DNA of 64,000 nt, from positions 67,768,001 through 67,832,000 of the forward strand of contig NW_024704743.1 in the NCBI RefSeq assembly GCF_018977255.1, read 5' to 3'. Shown piece after piece: positions 35,721 through 50,102 of this stretch (positions within the stretch are counted from its first letter, which is position 1; every line of letters begins with the position of its first letter). Source of the DNA: Callorhinchus milii (Eukaryota). The position numbers were made by a program, and so were the translations under genes. The notes beneath the pieces were generated by a model. The model saw nothing but the letters and a program-made list of their open reading frames with translations, ran no database searches and was not told where the DNA came from.

Positions 35721-38700
35721 GTTCTGTTATCCAATCCCCAGCTCAGCTGAGTAATCGCAACAGAGGGCACTGAAAACATGGATGGCACTGCCCCAAAAAG
35801 GCTATTGAGGTAGAATGAATTTGAATATTTAAAAGAGACATAGATACGCGGAAAGTAAGGCCATTGAGGATATTGGGGAAAAGGTGGGGAAATGAGAGAG
35901 AAAAAAAGAACTGAAATTCCAATGAACTAGTGGAATAGATTCAATGGGCTGAATGACCTCCCCCCTGTTTCTGAGCTGATGGTATCTATCACTCTACCAC
36001 ACACTGGCTGGGAAGTGGGTGATGCAAAGAGCAGTTCTGTTGGAATAGCAGGAAGCTTTTGCACTTGTAATTAATATTATTGTTATTTTAATTATATATT
36101 ATTAGATATTTTTATTTGGCAGATGGACAGAGTTGTCATTGGCAAAATCATATCAGCCAAATATGTGCCAAATTTGTAGCTGACGTTCCAAAATATGTTA
36201 ACAGCACAGAGAGACACTGAACTCCAACACATATTATTCGAACAAACATACTCTATTTTGATAGCTTCGTGGACTCATTCTGATAATCATCTTTGCATTT
36301 AACACTGTGTCAATAACAACATCAAAATGTCTCAAAGCACTTCATAAACTTTTCTGTAACGTATAGTGACCAATTTTATTGTTGGCTAAGACACTAGGAA
36401 AAAACTCCCTTCTTTTTTTGAATAGTATCATTGGATCTTTCATGTCCACCTAAATAGACAGAAAGCAGTCCCAACTAGGTTGTAAACTTACAATCAAAAA
36501 GGTGAGACAGTGCTAAACAATAATTTAAATGTATACATCGCCTTTCACATCTGAAGGACGCCTCAAAGTGCTTCACAAAGCTGATAGAGCTACTAACCGA
36601 ACCAAGCTGACATCTACAATAAAACCCTGTCGGAGGGCATGGGTCACACTCGGAAAACAAAACTTGTACAAGGGTCTTAAAAATAAAAAGAAAGGTTTAT
36701 TTTGAAAAGGAAGCTCTACCTCTTTACAGCTTAATACTGGTGCTCAATTATCACTTAGAGCTGGAACTCCAAGCAAGCCAATTTACGACTAACAGTCACA
36801 AAGTTAATGAACAATTTTATCTGGGGAGGTTTGTTGACCAGGACACCGAAATAAACTAATTTTTCTTTTCTGGTGGTGGCAAGGAATTTTTAACATTCAT
36901 CTGAACCCGCAGGCAGGACCTCAGACACTCATACATCTCATTCGAAGTATGGCACCTCCAACAATGCAGCGATCCCCAGCCGAAGCTATGAGTTCAAAGT
37001 TAACGTTTTGTTTTGTTTTGGTATTACAAGGGACTAACATAAAGGGGAGGAAAGGGTACAGTTTATGTCTCACAATACAGTAGTTGTAAATTGTTCCAAA
37101 AAGGTTGAAACTTTGTTTGGGAAAGGAGAAGAGGCATGTCAGCAATATCTCAGTAAACTAAAGTATTCAGAGAGGAATAGAAAAGGTTGGTGAACGGTGC
37201 CAGAATAAAATAGAGAAAATGAAGAAGAGAAAGCTCCTGAGATAAATCCAAGTAAAACTAGACAGATCAGGGCAGCCGTAGGAGAGAAGTATCAAAAATA
37301 TCAACAGCAAAGATTAAAGCAACTAGCAAAGATTAAATTGACCACAGTAGAATTGCCAGAAGGGAACAAAACCAATAGAGACCTAGTGCTGGGAGGTGCA
37401 CAGGAAATACTTCAGAGGGAACAGAGCTGCTGGTGAAGGAAGCAGAGACAATACACTGGAGAGGAAGCACGAAAAGCACTTGGCTGAACACTGTAAACTC
37501 CAACATCTTTCCGTATGTTTGAAGGTCACTTTTTCTTTATTAAATTAGAAATGAGAAAGCGACAGGGAAGCTATTTTCACCCTGTGGGAGAAAATGATCT
37601 TTCGTAAAATTGACCTTTGTCAGTGAGACTTCAGTGGCCTTTTGAACAAATTAAATGGCTCCGTTGTATTAAATATAATTAAGTTAAACTGTTTAACCCA
37701 AAGATTCAAGGTTTAGTGAAGAAAAGGATCATTTGTGGTTGCTGTTATTAGGGTCTGTATGATATCTCTTTTCCAAATTGCTCATGTTCATCAGTAAGTT
37801 ATGACAATTTTACACACGAGACATCATTTTATTTATCGTTATAAAGATATTTAGAAGTGTCATGGATTTTAAAAAAAAGCATCAGTTTCCTTTTAGCAAA
37901 GGTTAGCTTGACAATGACATATGTAGCCACAAACTGCTTGAAGTGCACCTGGTGCAACTATTTGCTTCACAGACCTTAAGTAAGGTAATCTACACATAAG
38001 CCAGACAAGTTTTGAACCAAGACTTACCATAAAACCTCCTCAAAATCAGAACGAGGACATTTCTGCAGTTGTATTTCAACACTGTGTATAAACTTGAATG
38101 TTCCTTTTACCTATCCTGCTTGTGGAGCTCTTCCTGACATTTCATCTATCAAGTCAGGCCCACAGCATTGAATCTAATTTTGATTTATATTTATCATGGG
38201 ATTAGATTTTTATCTTAAAACAAAAGACGTGGCATCTTGCTGACCAGCTACAATTCACAAACTGGGAAGTTCAATGTTACGAGCATCAACATTGAGAACA
38301 ATGTTGAAAGGCATGCATAGGGATGGGGGAGGGGATCTGCCTCCTTCAACACTGCACTGGAGCATCAGTCTAGACTGTGAGCTCAGCGTACTCAACGTGG
38401 AGCTTGAACGCACATGCTTCTGACCCAGAAGTGAGAATGCTACCAGTTGAGACAAGCTGACACATTATATTGCACATCATTTTACCACCAGAAAGACCAT
38501 CTTCACCTGATGCCTTGTATACTTCCTCAAAAACAATTGGCATCTACACAAATCTGAAAGTTCAACAAAAGAGAACTGCACCTGTAATTTTGAATTTAGA
38601 TTATCAGCCAGCCCCCCGGGACGTCCTCCCGACGTGAAAGGCACTATACAAATGTTATCTTGTTGTTGTTGTATCAAAAGTATCTGCATAAATCAGTCTC

Positions 38701-39399
38701 TGTTTCTGGTGCTTTCTTGTCCTGATCAATAGATGCCTGTTCCCCAAGCCTTTCCATCCATAGTTGTTCTCCAAAATATTTTGAATTATTTAGCAGACTG
38801 GAGGATAATCATTTCCCCCTTATTCTGATTCCTGCCCACAATGTGTTGCTCCCAATTAATTCCCTGGCAAAACAGAATCAGGCTGCCTTCATTGTAGGCA
38901 AAGTCCGTGCTGCTTTGTTGACGATAATGACCTTTTGCATAAGAGTCACATGGTGCAACTACCTGCTTTCAATGAGCTCTAATTGCTTGTCACCAGCGAG
39001 ACATTCACCAGAATAGAATACAAAATCTTTACCACTTATCGAGAACACATCCGTTCCATACAGATAACAATCCTGACACTACATGCAATACGTACAGTAA
39101 TGATCCAGTTTCTGGATAGATTGTGTGGGTTTTACAATGACACCTTCATTTATTTTTAAACTTCATCTCAGAATGTTGGTCACAATGGCATTTAGCCTTT
39201 GACAGCCGGGCACACGGTACCACTCTCGCCTCTGAGTCACAAGGTTGTGGGTTCAAGCTTTGGAACTCATATCGTCCAAGCTGACGTTCCAATGCAGTCC
39301 TGGAAATGTGCTGCATTGGTGGGTGTACCATCCTTCACATGAGATATTAAACGGAGGCCTGTCTACCTGTTCAGGGGGACATTAAAGATCCCATTGCAA

Positions 39400-39860
39400 A
39401 ACAACTTGCATTCATATAGTACCGTTCACCAAAGGTAACATCTTGAATTATTAAGATTCCTGTGTTTTACAGGGACAGGGTTGGATGGCAGGCAAGGGGG
39501 CAGTGGCTATAGACACGTTCAAAGAGATAGGAATTAGGGTGGGACTTAATGAGAGAAAGAGAATGGACATGGTGGAGTGGTAGAGGGAGGGAATACAGAG
39601 ATTTAGGGTCTCAGGAACTGAGAACTTAGGGTCTCAGGAACTGAGCCACCAATAGTGGTGCAGAGCAGGTAGGAAACATGCAGCAAGCCCGAGGTATCTG
39701 AGCGGAGAGGCAAGTGGAGGAGTAGAATGGGAGAAGGTTGGAAAGATAAGGAGGTGCCAGGTGTGGATGGATTTTTAAATGAGGGTTAAGACCTTGAAAA
39801 TTGATCTGCCAGGAGACAGGGAGACAGTGGAGATTGGCGAGGACTGGGTGGATGGGCGGT
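39400..39860 (-). mobile_element. L2 LINE 3' fragment (old) with an internal 20-bp tandem duplication
   Basis: Purine-rich L2 antisense sequence; TTAGGGTCTCAGGAACTGAG occurs at 39603-39622 and 39626-39645. Confidence 0.65.
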
Positions 39861-40736
39861 TGAGGGCAATTAGAATATTAGACATAATTTAGAAAATTCA
39901 GCATTAAAATGAAGAGACTTTGAATGTCAAATACATTTTTTCAGTTTTTTTTTATAGAATTGATCAGATTTTTGATCAGAAATATTAGTAATTAGTAATT
40001 TAGGTTTCTTCAATGGAATCTTGGTAATCAATTTCTTTATATTTATATTTATATGGAGTAACTGATGAGATCTAGTTGCATCAAGCAGATGAACCACTTA
40101 AACAATATGCAAATCCTGACATATATGCTGCACTGGTTAATCGAACAGATAGAAACAGGTAGAAACAAACGGGGTTTCACATAAGTGTGCTTAAACAGAT
40201 GGAGGCGAATTGTCCACCTACAAAATACTCAGTCACAACACTTTACAGTACATCCTGTGAAGGTCTTTGAGGCATCCTTCTGACTTAAAAGGCACTCTGT
40301 CAAATGCAAGGATTATTATGATTAGTGGTAGCTGTAGTAGTATTAATAACATCAAGGGCAAAATATCCACTTCTGTTCATGAATGAGTTACGGTCAGTTT
40401 TTGAATGAACTAATTCATTGAACTATTCATAACTGAACAAAACCAATTTAAAAGCAATTTTTGATGATGCCTTTCAGCTCTAGAAAGATAGTCATCTCGT
40501 GTACTGTCACTTTGTCATTATAACAACACATTGTTGAAAAACATGGGATAAAATTGCAATATTTCTCAACAGATTTGATGTGACACTGAATAAAGAAACA
40601 GCACAGTTTTCAAACTCACTAGTTTGATTTCTCTGGCAGAGCCCCACAACAAAGATTAGAAATTATGAATATATCTATTAAAAAAAACATATTTTCCCGC
40701 TTCCTGTTTCTCTCCTGAAGATACGGACTCTTACGG

Positions 40737-40968
40737 ACTCCACACGCCTAATAATAAATAATCCCTCCAAAACCCAAAACAATAATAAATTGGTCATTTT
40801 CAATCTACGACTGTTTGTGGGACATTGCTGTGCGCAATTGGCTGCCGCGTTCGCCCACAAATATACAGTCAATTCACTTTACAGTGTGTTCTGTGAAGCG
40901 CTTTGGGACGTCCTCCCGATGTGAAAAGCGCTATATCAAATGCAAGGATTATTATTAATATTATTATT
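40737..40968 (+). mobile_element. Young tRNA-Ala-headed SINE, 5'-truncated
   Basis: ACTCCACACGCCTAATAATAA...tail; near-identical to 25081-25393. Confidence 0.9.
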
Positions 40969-41239
40969 GCCTCCTTGAGTAACTATTCTTCATGTATGAA
41001 CCTGGCAGACTGCTTGACCTTGGTTAGCATCATGCCGTCCCCAATCTTGTTGTCATCCAACACCTGCACACACAGACATTCCAGGAGAGAATTATTGGAT
41101 GGTAAGGAGAAGAAACCCTCCTTTACCAAGGGTTCACTGAGGCCATTTATGGTACTAAATGTTAACCCTGCTAAGGTCAGCACAGATCATGATCAGAAAA
41201 AGTAATTTCTGCTTTGTGTTGTTTGATATACTGTTCGAT

Positions 41240-41583
41240 AATGGTTAGAGCAGTGGCCTCGCAAGCGAGAGGACCTGGGTCCGATTCCCGGGCAGGGTGA
41301 CATGTTGAGTTAGTTTCCTTACTCCCCAGTCTCTGTTTACCTAGTAGTAAGTAGGAACCCAATTGTTAGATGATTGGAGGATCGCTTTTCCTGGGGTAAT
41401 AATCACTTAAAAAAATAATAATTTGGTCATTCAATCCACAACTGTTTGTGGGACACTGTTGTGTGCAATTGGCTGCCGTGTTTCACCCACAAAATATACA
41501 GTTAATTCACTCTACAGAATATTCTGTGAAGTGCTTTGAGATGTCTCGAAGATGAGATAAGGTGCGATATCAAATTATTATTA
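41240..41583 (+). mobile_element. tRNA-headed SINE, long form
   Basis: TGGTTAGAGC...CTGGGTCCGATTCCC...TCTCTGTTTACCTAGTAGTAAGTAGGAACC...Deu 3' region and tail. Confidence 0.82.
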
Positions 41584-42564
41584 TATACTACAATGATGTT
41601 GCTTTTAGGTTGCTGCACTGGCTTAGTTGATACCACTTTGAGTCAGAAGGTTGTGAGTTCAAGTTCCACATCAGAATTTTGAACTCATAGAGTCTAGGCT
41701 GACACTCATGTGCTGTATTGGTGGGGGTGTGGGCGGAGGAGTTGTACGCTGCACTGTTTGAGATGCTGTCCTTCAGATGAGTTGTTAAACTATCACAACT
41801 ATGAATAATCCTAGCCAAAAGAGGTATTTAAGTTTCACAACACTTTTTCAGTTTCATAATATTTTTTCAGTATATTCCCAATGTTACATATGCAGCACTC
41901 TAGCAACAATTGCCACATTAAATTATCTGGCACAGATGGGGCGTAAATTGTTGGGTAATAAATAATTTTGCATGTGAGGGGAAAACATAAGAGTTGGCAC
42001 GATTTTAAACTTATTGTCTGCATCAGCGAAATGGAATACTTTTGGCTGCAGTAACCCAACTAAAAAGATGCAGCAAGGAAAACAAATAAAGCACCTCCTG
42101 CCAACTACCATTTATATACACCTTCCTCCTCACCACTAAACTCAGCAGCTGCGACAGCATTAATTATAGTATTTCATGCATTCACCACAATGAAGATTTT
42201 GCAGTTGAACTGCACCAAAATAATAACACAAATAAACAACAACAAATTACATTTGTATAGCAAATTTCACATCAGGAGGACGTTCCAAAGCGCTTGTGTA
42301 CCAGCTTGGTTTGATTGATAGCAATCTTCACACTCTGTGAATGATAATAATAATAATCCTTACATTTTGATATAGCGCCTTATCACATCTTTGAGATGTC
42401 TCAAAGCGCTTCACAGAATATACTGCAAAATGGAATGACTAAATTTTAAGGCATTATTACCCCCAGGAAGCAATCTGCCAATCGACCACCCACTGATAGG
42501 CAAACAGTAAGGAAACCTGGAGTAAGGAAACCTGCCCAAGGCTTCGCCCCAACTGGAATATGGC

Positions 42565-42940
42565 ACTTTTCGCATCAGGAGGATGTGTCAAAGCGCTTCA
42601 CAGGATGTAAAGTAGAGTGACGATGTATTTATGTATTTTGTGGACGAGTGCAGCAGCCAATTTACACCCAGTAATGTCCTACAGACATGAAATGATTGAC
42701 CAATTTTATTTGGGAGATTGCTGGCCAGGACCTCAGCGAAAAGCTCCCTTATCTTTAGAATAGAACCACATGGATCTTTAGCATCCACCTGAACAGGCAG
42801 ACAAGACTCCAGTTCAAAGTCTCATGCAAAGTGTGGCATCTCCCCCAGCATTGCATTGGAGAGGTTTTAGGTTCCAAATTCTGATGTGGGGTTGAACCCA
42901 CATCTGTTGACTCAGAGGCAAGAGTGCCAGTAATTCAAGC
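42565..42940 (-). mobile_element. Old DeuSINE
   Basis: Tail, Deu core GGATCTTTAGCATCCACCTGAACAGGCAGAC and head TTGAACCCACA...ACTCAGAGGCAAGAGTGC. Confidence 0.75.
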
Positions 42941-44149
42941 CAGTAATTCAAGGAGTGCTTTGCATGTGAGGGGGATGTGAGGATTACGAAAACATTATGT
43001 AATCCAGTGGCTGAGGAGGCACTTATATTACTCAAACTTTCCCACAAGACGAAGCATTTTTCAGTGAGATGTTTCTCTGAATATTGTTGCATGCAGTTTG
43101 AAAGAATGTCTACAGACGGTATAATGAAAAAGATGTAACAGCACTTTGTTGTAATAGAACATTAATAAAATACAGTGCTTGAATAAACACTTTGCTTGGA
43201 GGCTCACCTGTGAAAAGGCCTCTACCAGATGCATTTGCAATACAAAATGAATGCACGTCAGCAAATATGGGAAACATTTTAATGCATTTTTCACAATGCT
43301 GAAATGCTTGTGCCACAAGTCAGCAAGGACTTGTAGGTCATTAAGACTTGTAACCTTGATGCTGGTTTCTCACTGGGCCAAAAATATGGCATGATAAGAG
43401 GCCGATTACACTTGTTCCTGTTGATAAATTATTTACAACCTGCACTTTGAGAAACTCTCTCCAAAATTATCCCTTGAGGAAGATTAGTATCCACAGATAA
43501 AACTTACAAGGATCAAAACTTATTAAATTTATCTCTGAGCCACAGAAGTTATTGAGTGAAAACTCCAAGATATCAGTTAAAAGTTTCATTATTCAACACA
43601 GATGACAGCTCACCCATGTAAGTTTCAACCCTATTACTAATTGTTGTGCAATAGGTAAAGACTGGACTACTTCACACCCACTAGCCAATCCACCCCAGCA
43701 TCAGTGGACAAGTTTACAGCCGTTCCACCCGTTCTCTGTAAGTCCATTCTGGAATTTCTCTGCCTTGACCTCCTTCCCTAGCTTCAAAACCCGCTTTAAG
43801 ACCTATAATTCTGAGCGCACTTTTGGCCTCCGCCTTCACCTTCTCCCCAGAGAAGGCTCCCAATCAGCTGTGTAAAGCTCTTTGTGACATCCTCTGAATG
43901 TGACAGGCCAATGTAAATTGTTGTAAATGTCTTGGATCCTACTTCCAAGTGTCCAATTTAAATTTCAACTGTCCCTGTCTGGTTCCATCTCTCATGCGGA
44001 GGGAAAGCAGGCTGGGAACACTTGAAATAAATTCAGAATCACACTCACCCACATCAGTATGCATGGAAAATATCAAAACACATGATCCCACATCACCAAC
44101 CAGTTTTTAGACTTGTTGAAGTAGACAAATGTGAGTACAGAGGTTTTGC

Positions 44150-44830
44150 AATGGTTGATTGTTTAAAATCATGATTGCTGATGTTAATGGCTGCTTTTTT
44201 ATGGGAGTTTGTTTTTATCTTGCAGCACCAATACAAGATATAATGATTGACAGAGTGTATATTGTACATCCAGCTGGCTCAGTATACTTGCCAACAGCGG
44301 TTCAGCTTGGTTGTAAGTGTGAACCACTCACATGTTTTAATACAGAAAATGTGTCTAGGGTATTTCATTCACGGTATTTCCTTAAGTGAAATGTTAATTG
44401 CAGTTACTATTTACAGAGTCGGAGCTGCTGTGCCCCTTGATAACTTTAAATGATTGATTGGAAGCAATAACTTCCTAACATAAGCTGAGCTGTTTTAATC
44501 ACTAGATGCACGGGGTGTGTTAATTGTCTGGCTCTGATGACTGGGCTGTTTTCACTGGAAGCCCAGCATTGCTGGACCATGCATCATTCAGAAGCCTCAG
44601 GTGTGCAGACTGCAGTATTACTTCCCTGCGTTCTCATCAATCATATACCAGCTGCAGACAAGGATCATAAAGCACAGGGACTAAAGACTGCATAATCAGA
44701 CAAAGTCTATATTACCCGTCCTCTGGAGCCGCTGAGAAGTAACCTTTTCTTTCATTTCACAGTGCCTCGCAAAGAGGGAACCTCAATTTAAACATAGCAG
44801 CATGATTCTTAGTGTTATTAAACAAACAGA
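44150..44830. promoter_or_regulatory. Candidate conserved non-coding element block
   Basis: Repeat-free; TGATTGACAG, TGATTGATTGG and TTAATTG motifs. Confidence 0.35.
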
Positions 44831-46179
44831 ACACAATTGCAAAGGTAAACACACAAGCTGCAAGTCATAGATCATAAGTCAACAGCACTAGAGTGGCAGA
44901 GGTGTGTTCCACAATAGCTGCAGACAGTTGTCAGAATCAAAGACAATAAATAAAGTTGACTGTTAAAGGGTTTGGAGAGCAAACGAGAAAGTGGGACTTA
45001 AACCAAGGTGGCATATCTGCAATAAAACAAACTGCATGAATCAAATGGCCCACTTCTATGCTGTGAGATTCTATGACTGTACTTGCAATAGGTCTCTTAT
45101 TTTCTTTTTATACCATGGGCCAAAGGATTGCTGGGCCCCCGCAATGTACCTCATCTATTTCACTGTCTGTGGGTAACCTCTATTCACCACGTTCATTCCT
45201 GGCACATCATTTTGATTGATTTGTGACAGTGTAAAATTGATTCTGATTTCCTAGGAAGTATCATCTGTCACTGTTAAGCAGTCTGAGAGTTGCTGAGAGC
45301 TAGCTATCGGTGTGTGGTTTTGACACACTAGATAGTTTCACGAACCGCTCAACATCTACAAATTCACATTCTGCTTCTTCCCTACTCCATCCCTCTTTTG
45401 GGGCTCGTATAAAAAAACACACTAGTTGGACTAGTTGGGCGAACAGCCTGTTTCCATCACCCTATGTAACTCCTCATCCTGCTCACCCCTCCTTCCCAAT
45501 TACTCATGAGTAGCAGCAGTCATCACCCTCACCAACAATGGTGTGGGCATTACTGCTACAGGAGCCCACGCATTTACTGCAGTTCATGAAACAGTTGCAG
45601 AGTTAGTTAAGGATGAGATTAATAGGGCTCCATGCCCAGCTGGAGAAAATACTTCTTTTGATTCATAGTTAAAAACATCTTGAAGGTATGATCTAATACT
45701 GTATATGATTTGCCTTCGTTATTGCGCCTTCACAACTTGTTTCGTTCAGTTAATGATCAATCAATACAGAAAGGATTTAAACACATCACACATAGCCTGT
45801 GATGCTGTTTGCTTGTGAACAATGCTGTGCGGTGGAGAGCATGACTAACAATTAATATATTTTATATAATAATAATCCTTGCATTTAATATAGCGCTTTA
45901 TATCGTCGTTGAGATGCCTCAAAGCTCTTCACAGGATGTACTGTCAAGTGGATTGACTGTATATTTTGGGGGCAAAACACAGCAGCCAATTGCGCATAAC
46001 AGTGTCCCACAAACAATCGTGGATTGAGTGATCAATTTTTTTTGAGGGATTATTATCCCTGAAAAGCAATCCACCTATAGACTATATATATATAAAATAT
46101 ATACCAACTTCTGGAGTCGTAGGTCATTTCCTCATTTAATCTCTGCCAAGGCTGCTCTGCAAGTTGTTGGCAGAAGACA

Positions 46180-46487
46180 TGAGCTCAGTGGTTAGAGCAC
46201 TCGCCTCACAAATGAGAGACCTGGGTTTGATTCCCAGCAGGGTGAAATCTTGGGCAAGTTTCCTTATTCCACACGCCTAATAATAATCCCTCAAGAAAAA
46301 AACCCAATAATAAATTGGTCACTTAAATCCACGACTGTTTGTGGGACACTGCTGTGTGAAATTGGCTACCGTGTTTCGCTCAAAAATATAGTCAATTCAC
46401 TTTATTGTATATTCCGTGAAGCGCATTGAGACGTCTAGAAGACATGGAAAGCACTCTATCAAATACAAGGGTTATTACTATTATTAT
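46180..46487 (+). mobile_element. tRNA-headed SINE, short form (older copy)
   Basis: AGCTCAGTGGTTAGAGCACTCGC...CTGGGTTTGATTCCCAGCAGGG...tail. Confidence 0.88.
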
Positions 46488-46589
46488 GAGAGAACAGCTC
46501 AGGAAGATTTGCCATCAGATTTCCTTCCTTCCCTGTGGAACAGATCCTGATATTTTCCAGCATCCCATGGCTGAAATCATCAAATCATT

Positions 46590-47220
46590 TAGAACCATAG
46601 AAATTTACAGCATAGAAGAAGGCCATTTGACCCATTGCGTCTGTGCTGGCTCTTTTTAAGAGCATTTCAGTTACATTTACCTACCTTTTCCCCATACCGC
46701 TGTAGTTGACTCCTTTTTAGATATCCATCTAGCTCTCTTTTAAAAGCTAATATGGATTCTGCCTTAACCACCACTCTCGGCAGGACATTCCATATCTTAA
46801 CAACTCCGTGCATGAAAAACATTCTTCTAAACTCCCCATTTGCTTATTCGCTAACTATCTTAAATTGATGCTCTCTCGTCTCTGATTCACTGATCAGGGG
46901 AAATAATTTCTTCCTATTGAATCCATCAACCCCCACCCCCACTCTCATAATTTTAAAGATCTCCACAGGTCACCCCTCAAACTTCTTTGTGCTATCAGAA
47001 AAAGTCCCAATTCCTTCCGTCTTCGCTCATAGGCCAAACCACTCATCCCTGGTATCATCATAGTAAACCTCTTTTGCACCCCCTCTATGGTCTTGACGTC
47101 CATCCTAAAGTCCGTCCAAAACCAGGAACAATATTTTAACTGACTTCTAACTGGCTATTTATATAACTTTAGTATTACCTCTTTGGTTTTATATTCTATA
47201 CCCCTATTTATAAAACTCAG
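46590..47220 (-). mobile_element. CR1 LINE 3' end
   Basis: Antisense terminus CATAGAAATTTACAGCATAGAAGAAGGCCATTTGACCC followed by decayed ORF2 C-terminal sequence. Confidence 0.75.
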
Positions 47221-47249
47221 ACAGTTTACCATCATACTTCTACTAATAC

Positions 47250-47624
47250 TAATAATAATCCTTGCATTTGACATGGCACCTTATCATACCATCGAGATTT
47301 CTCAAAGAGCTTCACAGAACATACCGTAAAGTGAATTGACTGTATATTTTGTGGGTGAAACTCGGCAGCGAATTGTGCACAGTAGTTTCCCACGAACAGT
47401 CGCGGATTGAGGGATCACTTTTTGGGGGGGATGGGGGGGAGAAAGGATTACCCCCCCGGAAAAGCAATCTGCCAATCGACTAACAAGCAAGTTGCTACTT
47501 AATTCTAGGTAAACATAGGAGTATGGAATAAGGAAACTTGCCTAAGGTTTCTCCCCTCTCAAGATTCGAACTCGGATTCTCTCGCTGGCAAGATGAAGAC
47601 AATAATCACTATTCTATAGGACTC
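47250..47624 (-). mobile_element. tRNA-headed SINE, long form
   Basis: Tail, Deu 3' region, insert (CTAGGTAAACATAGG...AAGGAAACTTGCC) and decayed head. Confidence 0.8.
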
Positions 47625-48469
47625 AGCAAGACTTGGTGGGGAGACCAGTGCCTGGGGGCAGGGATTCATCCAACTCTGCTCCTGCATGCCAAAGCCCAAA
47701 TGGGTTAGTGGTGGTTCTCCTACCAAATACTGTAAATACTATTTACAATAGTTTCGGTATTTTCCAAAATTTGTAGAATTCCTCAATCACCATTTACATT
47801 TACATATGAATAAGTATATAACTCTGACCTTGTCAATGCACTTTGCCTTTCACATAAGAGAACGACTCAAAGTGCTTTACATGAACTGTATGGGAATAGT
47901 ATTTGTTTGGTGTTTTTGGGGAAGGCAATTGAAGGCATAGTCAAAGTAAGATTTTAGGAATCCTGAACGCAATATGAGTTATCTAATACTGCGAAAACTA
48001 GAAGCGCTTGTACTTAACTGCAAATTGTTCTGTTCATCTTTCAATATAATCCCAGCTGCATTATGTCTGCTAACTAAAGCATGAATTGCACTGAATTTCA
48101 GTAATCATATGAATTGACAAATGAGACGAGCTGAGAATTCTTTGTGATTTAAGTCACAGACTGCATTGACAAAGCTCCAAATGTCACATTAAATTCCATT
48201 TCTTCTCTGGATGTATTCCGACTGTACAAAACATCTATTGCCTTTGTGAAAATAACACACATCAACAGAATCAGTTAAGAAATAGTGGAGTCACATTTGT
48301 TGTATTTATTTTTTATATTAAAAAATGTAATGCATCCAATTATTTTTAATTATATGCTTCTGTTCCTCCTCAAACTGGAATGTGTTTCCATGAGTGCTAG
48401 TTTCCATCCGGTACACTGTTCAACTGGTCTAAGCCATATTTGAGTCTTTGCAGTGAGTGCTTCCAGGCC

Positions 48470-48680
48470 CGTCAACTGTAGAGGGCATCACAGCCAAGCC
48501 TGACCTCTTCCCCACATGATTGTCACACACACATTCAACCATTTAGAGGTTGCTGGAGAGGGATCAAGATCAGGAAACCTAGCTGATTTGTACCCTCCTT
48601 ATCCTGGCAAGGACAGGGCCAATGTGACCTCCCCATGCTGCCCTGGCTGAGACCAGAAAACTTAACACCCACCAGAAATT
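48470..48680 (-). mobile_element. Ancient SINE-like repeat of a different family
   Basis: GGGCATCACAGCCAAGCCTGA...GCTGCCCTGGCTGAGACCAG resembles a chondrichthyan ancient SINE as I remember it; single copy in this window. Confidence 0.35.
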
Positions 48681-49733
48681 AACAAGTCACAGCTCTATAA
48701 TAATAATAACCCTTGCATTTGATATAGCGCCTTATCACATCTCCAAGGCATCTCAAAGCGTTTCACAGAATATATTGTAAAGTGAATTGATTGTATTTTG
48801 TATGCGAAATGCGGCAGCCAATTGCGCACAGCAGTGTCCCACAAACAGTCATGGATTGAGTGACCAATTTATTCTCTCTATATATATTTTGTAAGGAATT
48901 TAAAAATTCCTATAAACTACAATCAGGGCTATTTCATGGTGGCAATTTTTCTTAATATGATAATAAGTCTTGCATTTAATATAGCATCTTATCACTTGAG
49001 TTGTCTCAAAACCTTTCACAGGATTTATTGAGAAGTGTAGTTGCTTTTTATTTTTACATGAACGTGGCAGCCATTTGTGCATGGTAATGTCCCAGAGATC
49101 AGCCATGAAGTTAATGATCAATTTTATCTAGAGAATTGTTGACTAGGACACTGGAAGAAACTCCCTTCTCTTTTTGAATAATGCCACGGGATCTTGAAAA
49201 TCCACCTGAACATGCAGATGGGAACTCAGTTATTATCTAGATAACCAGTGGGAAGTTCACTTCAAAGTGACCTACCTCTGGAGCAGGTCTATGGGATTTC
49301 GATAGGATTCCATGTTAAGAAACATTGCAAATTAGTCACCAGAGAATATACTAACAGATGGGTATCAGTCAGTCATTATTACAGTATTGTCATCATACTG
49401 CAGTCGGGTACTGAGAAAACTTGTTGGTTACCGATACCCTTTTTTGTCCTGTGAGATTTTTCTTTACAAACTTATAAGTAAGTAGATTGACACTGACACT
49501 GCAGAAGAACCTCAACATAACAAATGGAACCAGCATATCTGCCCCCCTACCTCACCACCACCAAAAAAAAATCACAGCGCCACATCATGATGCAGGTACA
49601 GGGGAGCAATGCTATAGCATGGTCTGCTAGGTCCAATAATTTAGTGGTTGCATTAGAGTCAAAATGTGAAATAATGGCCAAAGTCCAGGCAGTCAGGTTG
49701 ACACTGATATCACATCCTGCTACGTATGTCATT

Positions 49734-50102
49734 GTGGGGTCCTGTAGCATATTGGTTAGAGCGCTCATCTTGCAAGCGAGAGGCCCTGGGTTCGATTTAT
49801 GGGCAAGAAAAAACATTAGGCAAGTTTCCTTACTCCACACGTCTATGTTTACCTAGCAGTAAGTAGGAACTTGATTCTTAAGTCGATTGGTGGATCGCTT
49901 TTCTGGGAGTAACAAACCCTCCAAAAAAAATGTGGTCACTCACTTCCACAACTGTTCGTAGGACACTGCTGTGCGCAATTAGCTGCCGTATTTCAAGCAC
50001 AAAATATACAGTCAATTCACTTTGCAGTATACTCTGTGAAGCACTTTGAGACATCTTGAAGACATGATAAGGTGCTATATCAAATGCAAGGATTATTATT
50101 AT
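49734..50102 (+). mobile_element. tRNA-headed SINE, long form, full length
   Basis: GTGGGGTCCTGTAGC...TTGCAAGCGAGAGGCCCTGGGTTCGAT...GGCAAGTTTCCTTACTCCACACGTCTATGTTTACCTAGCAGTAAGTAGGAAC...tail (ATT)n. Confidence 0.87.

Noticed and set aside
37030..37500. Purine-rich stretch resembling coding sequence
   Set aside because: The ORF track shows no plus-strand ORF here and I saw no identifiable motif; probably a decayed TE.
40983..41183. ORF with VLDDNKIG as an exon
   Set aside because: More likely a decayed CR1 RT (FADDTKIG-like) fragment.
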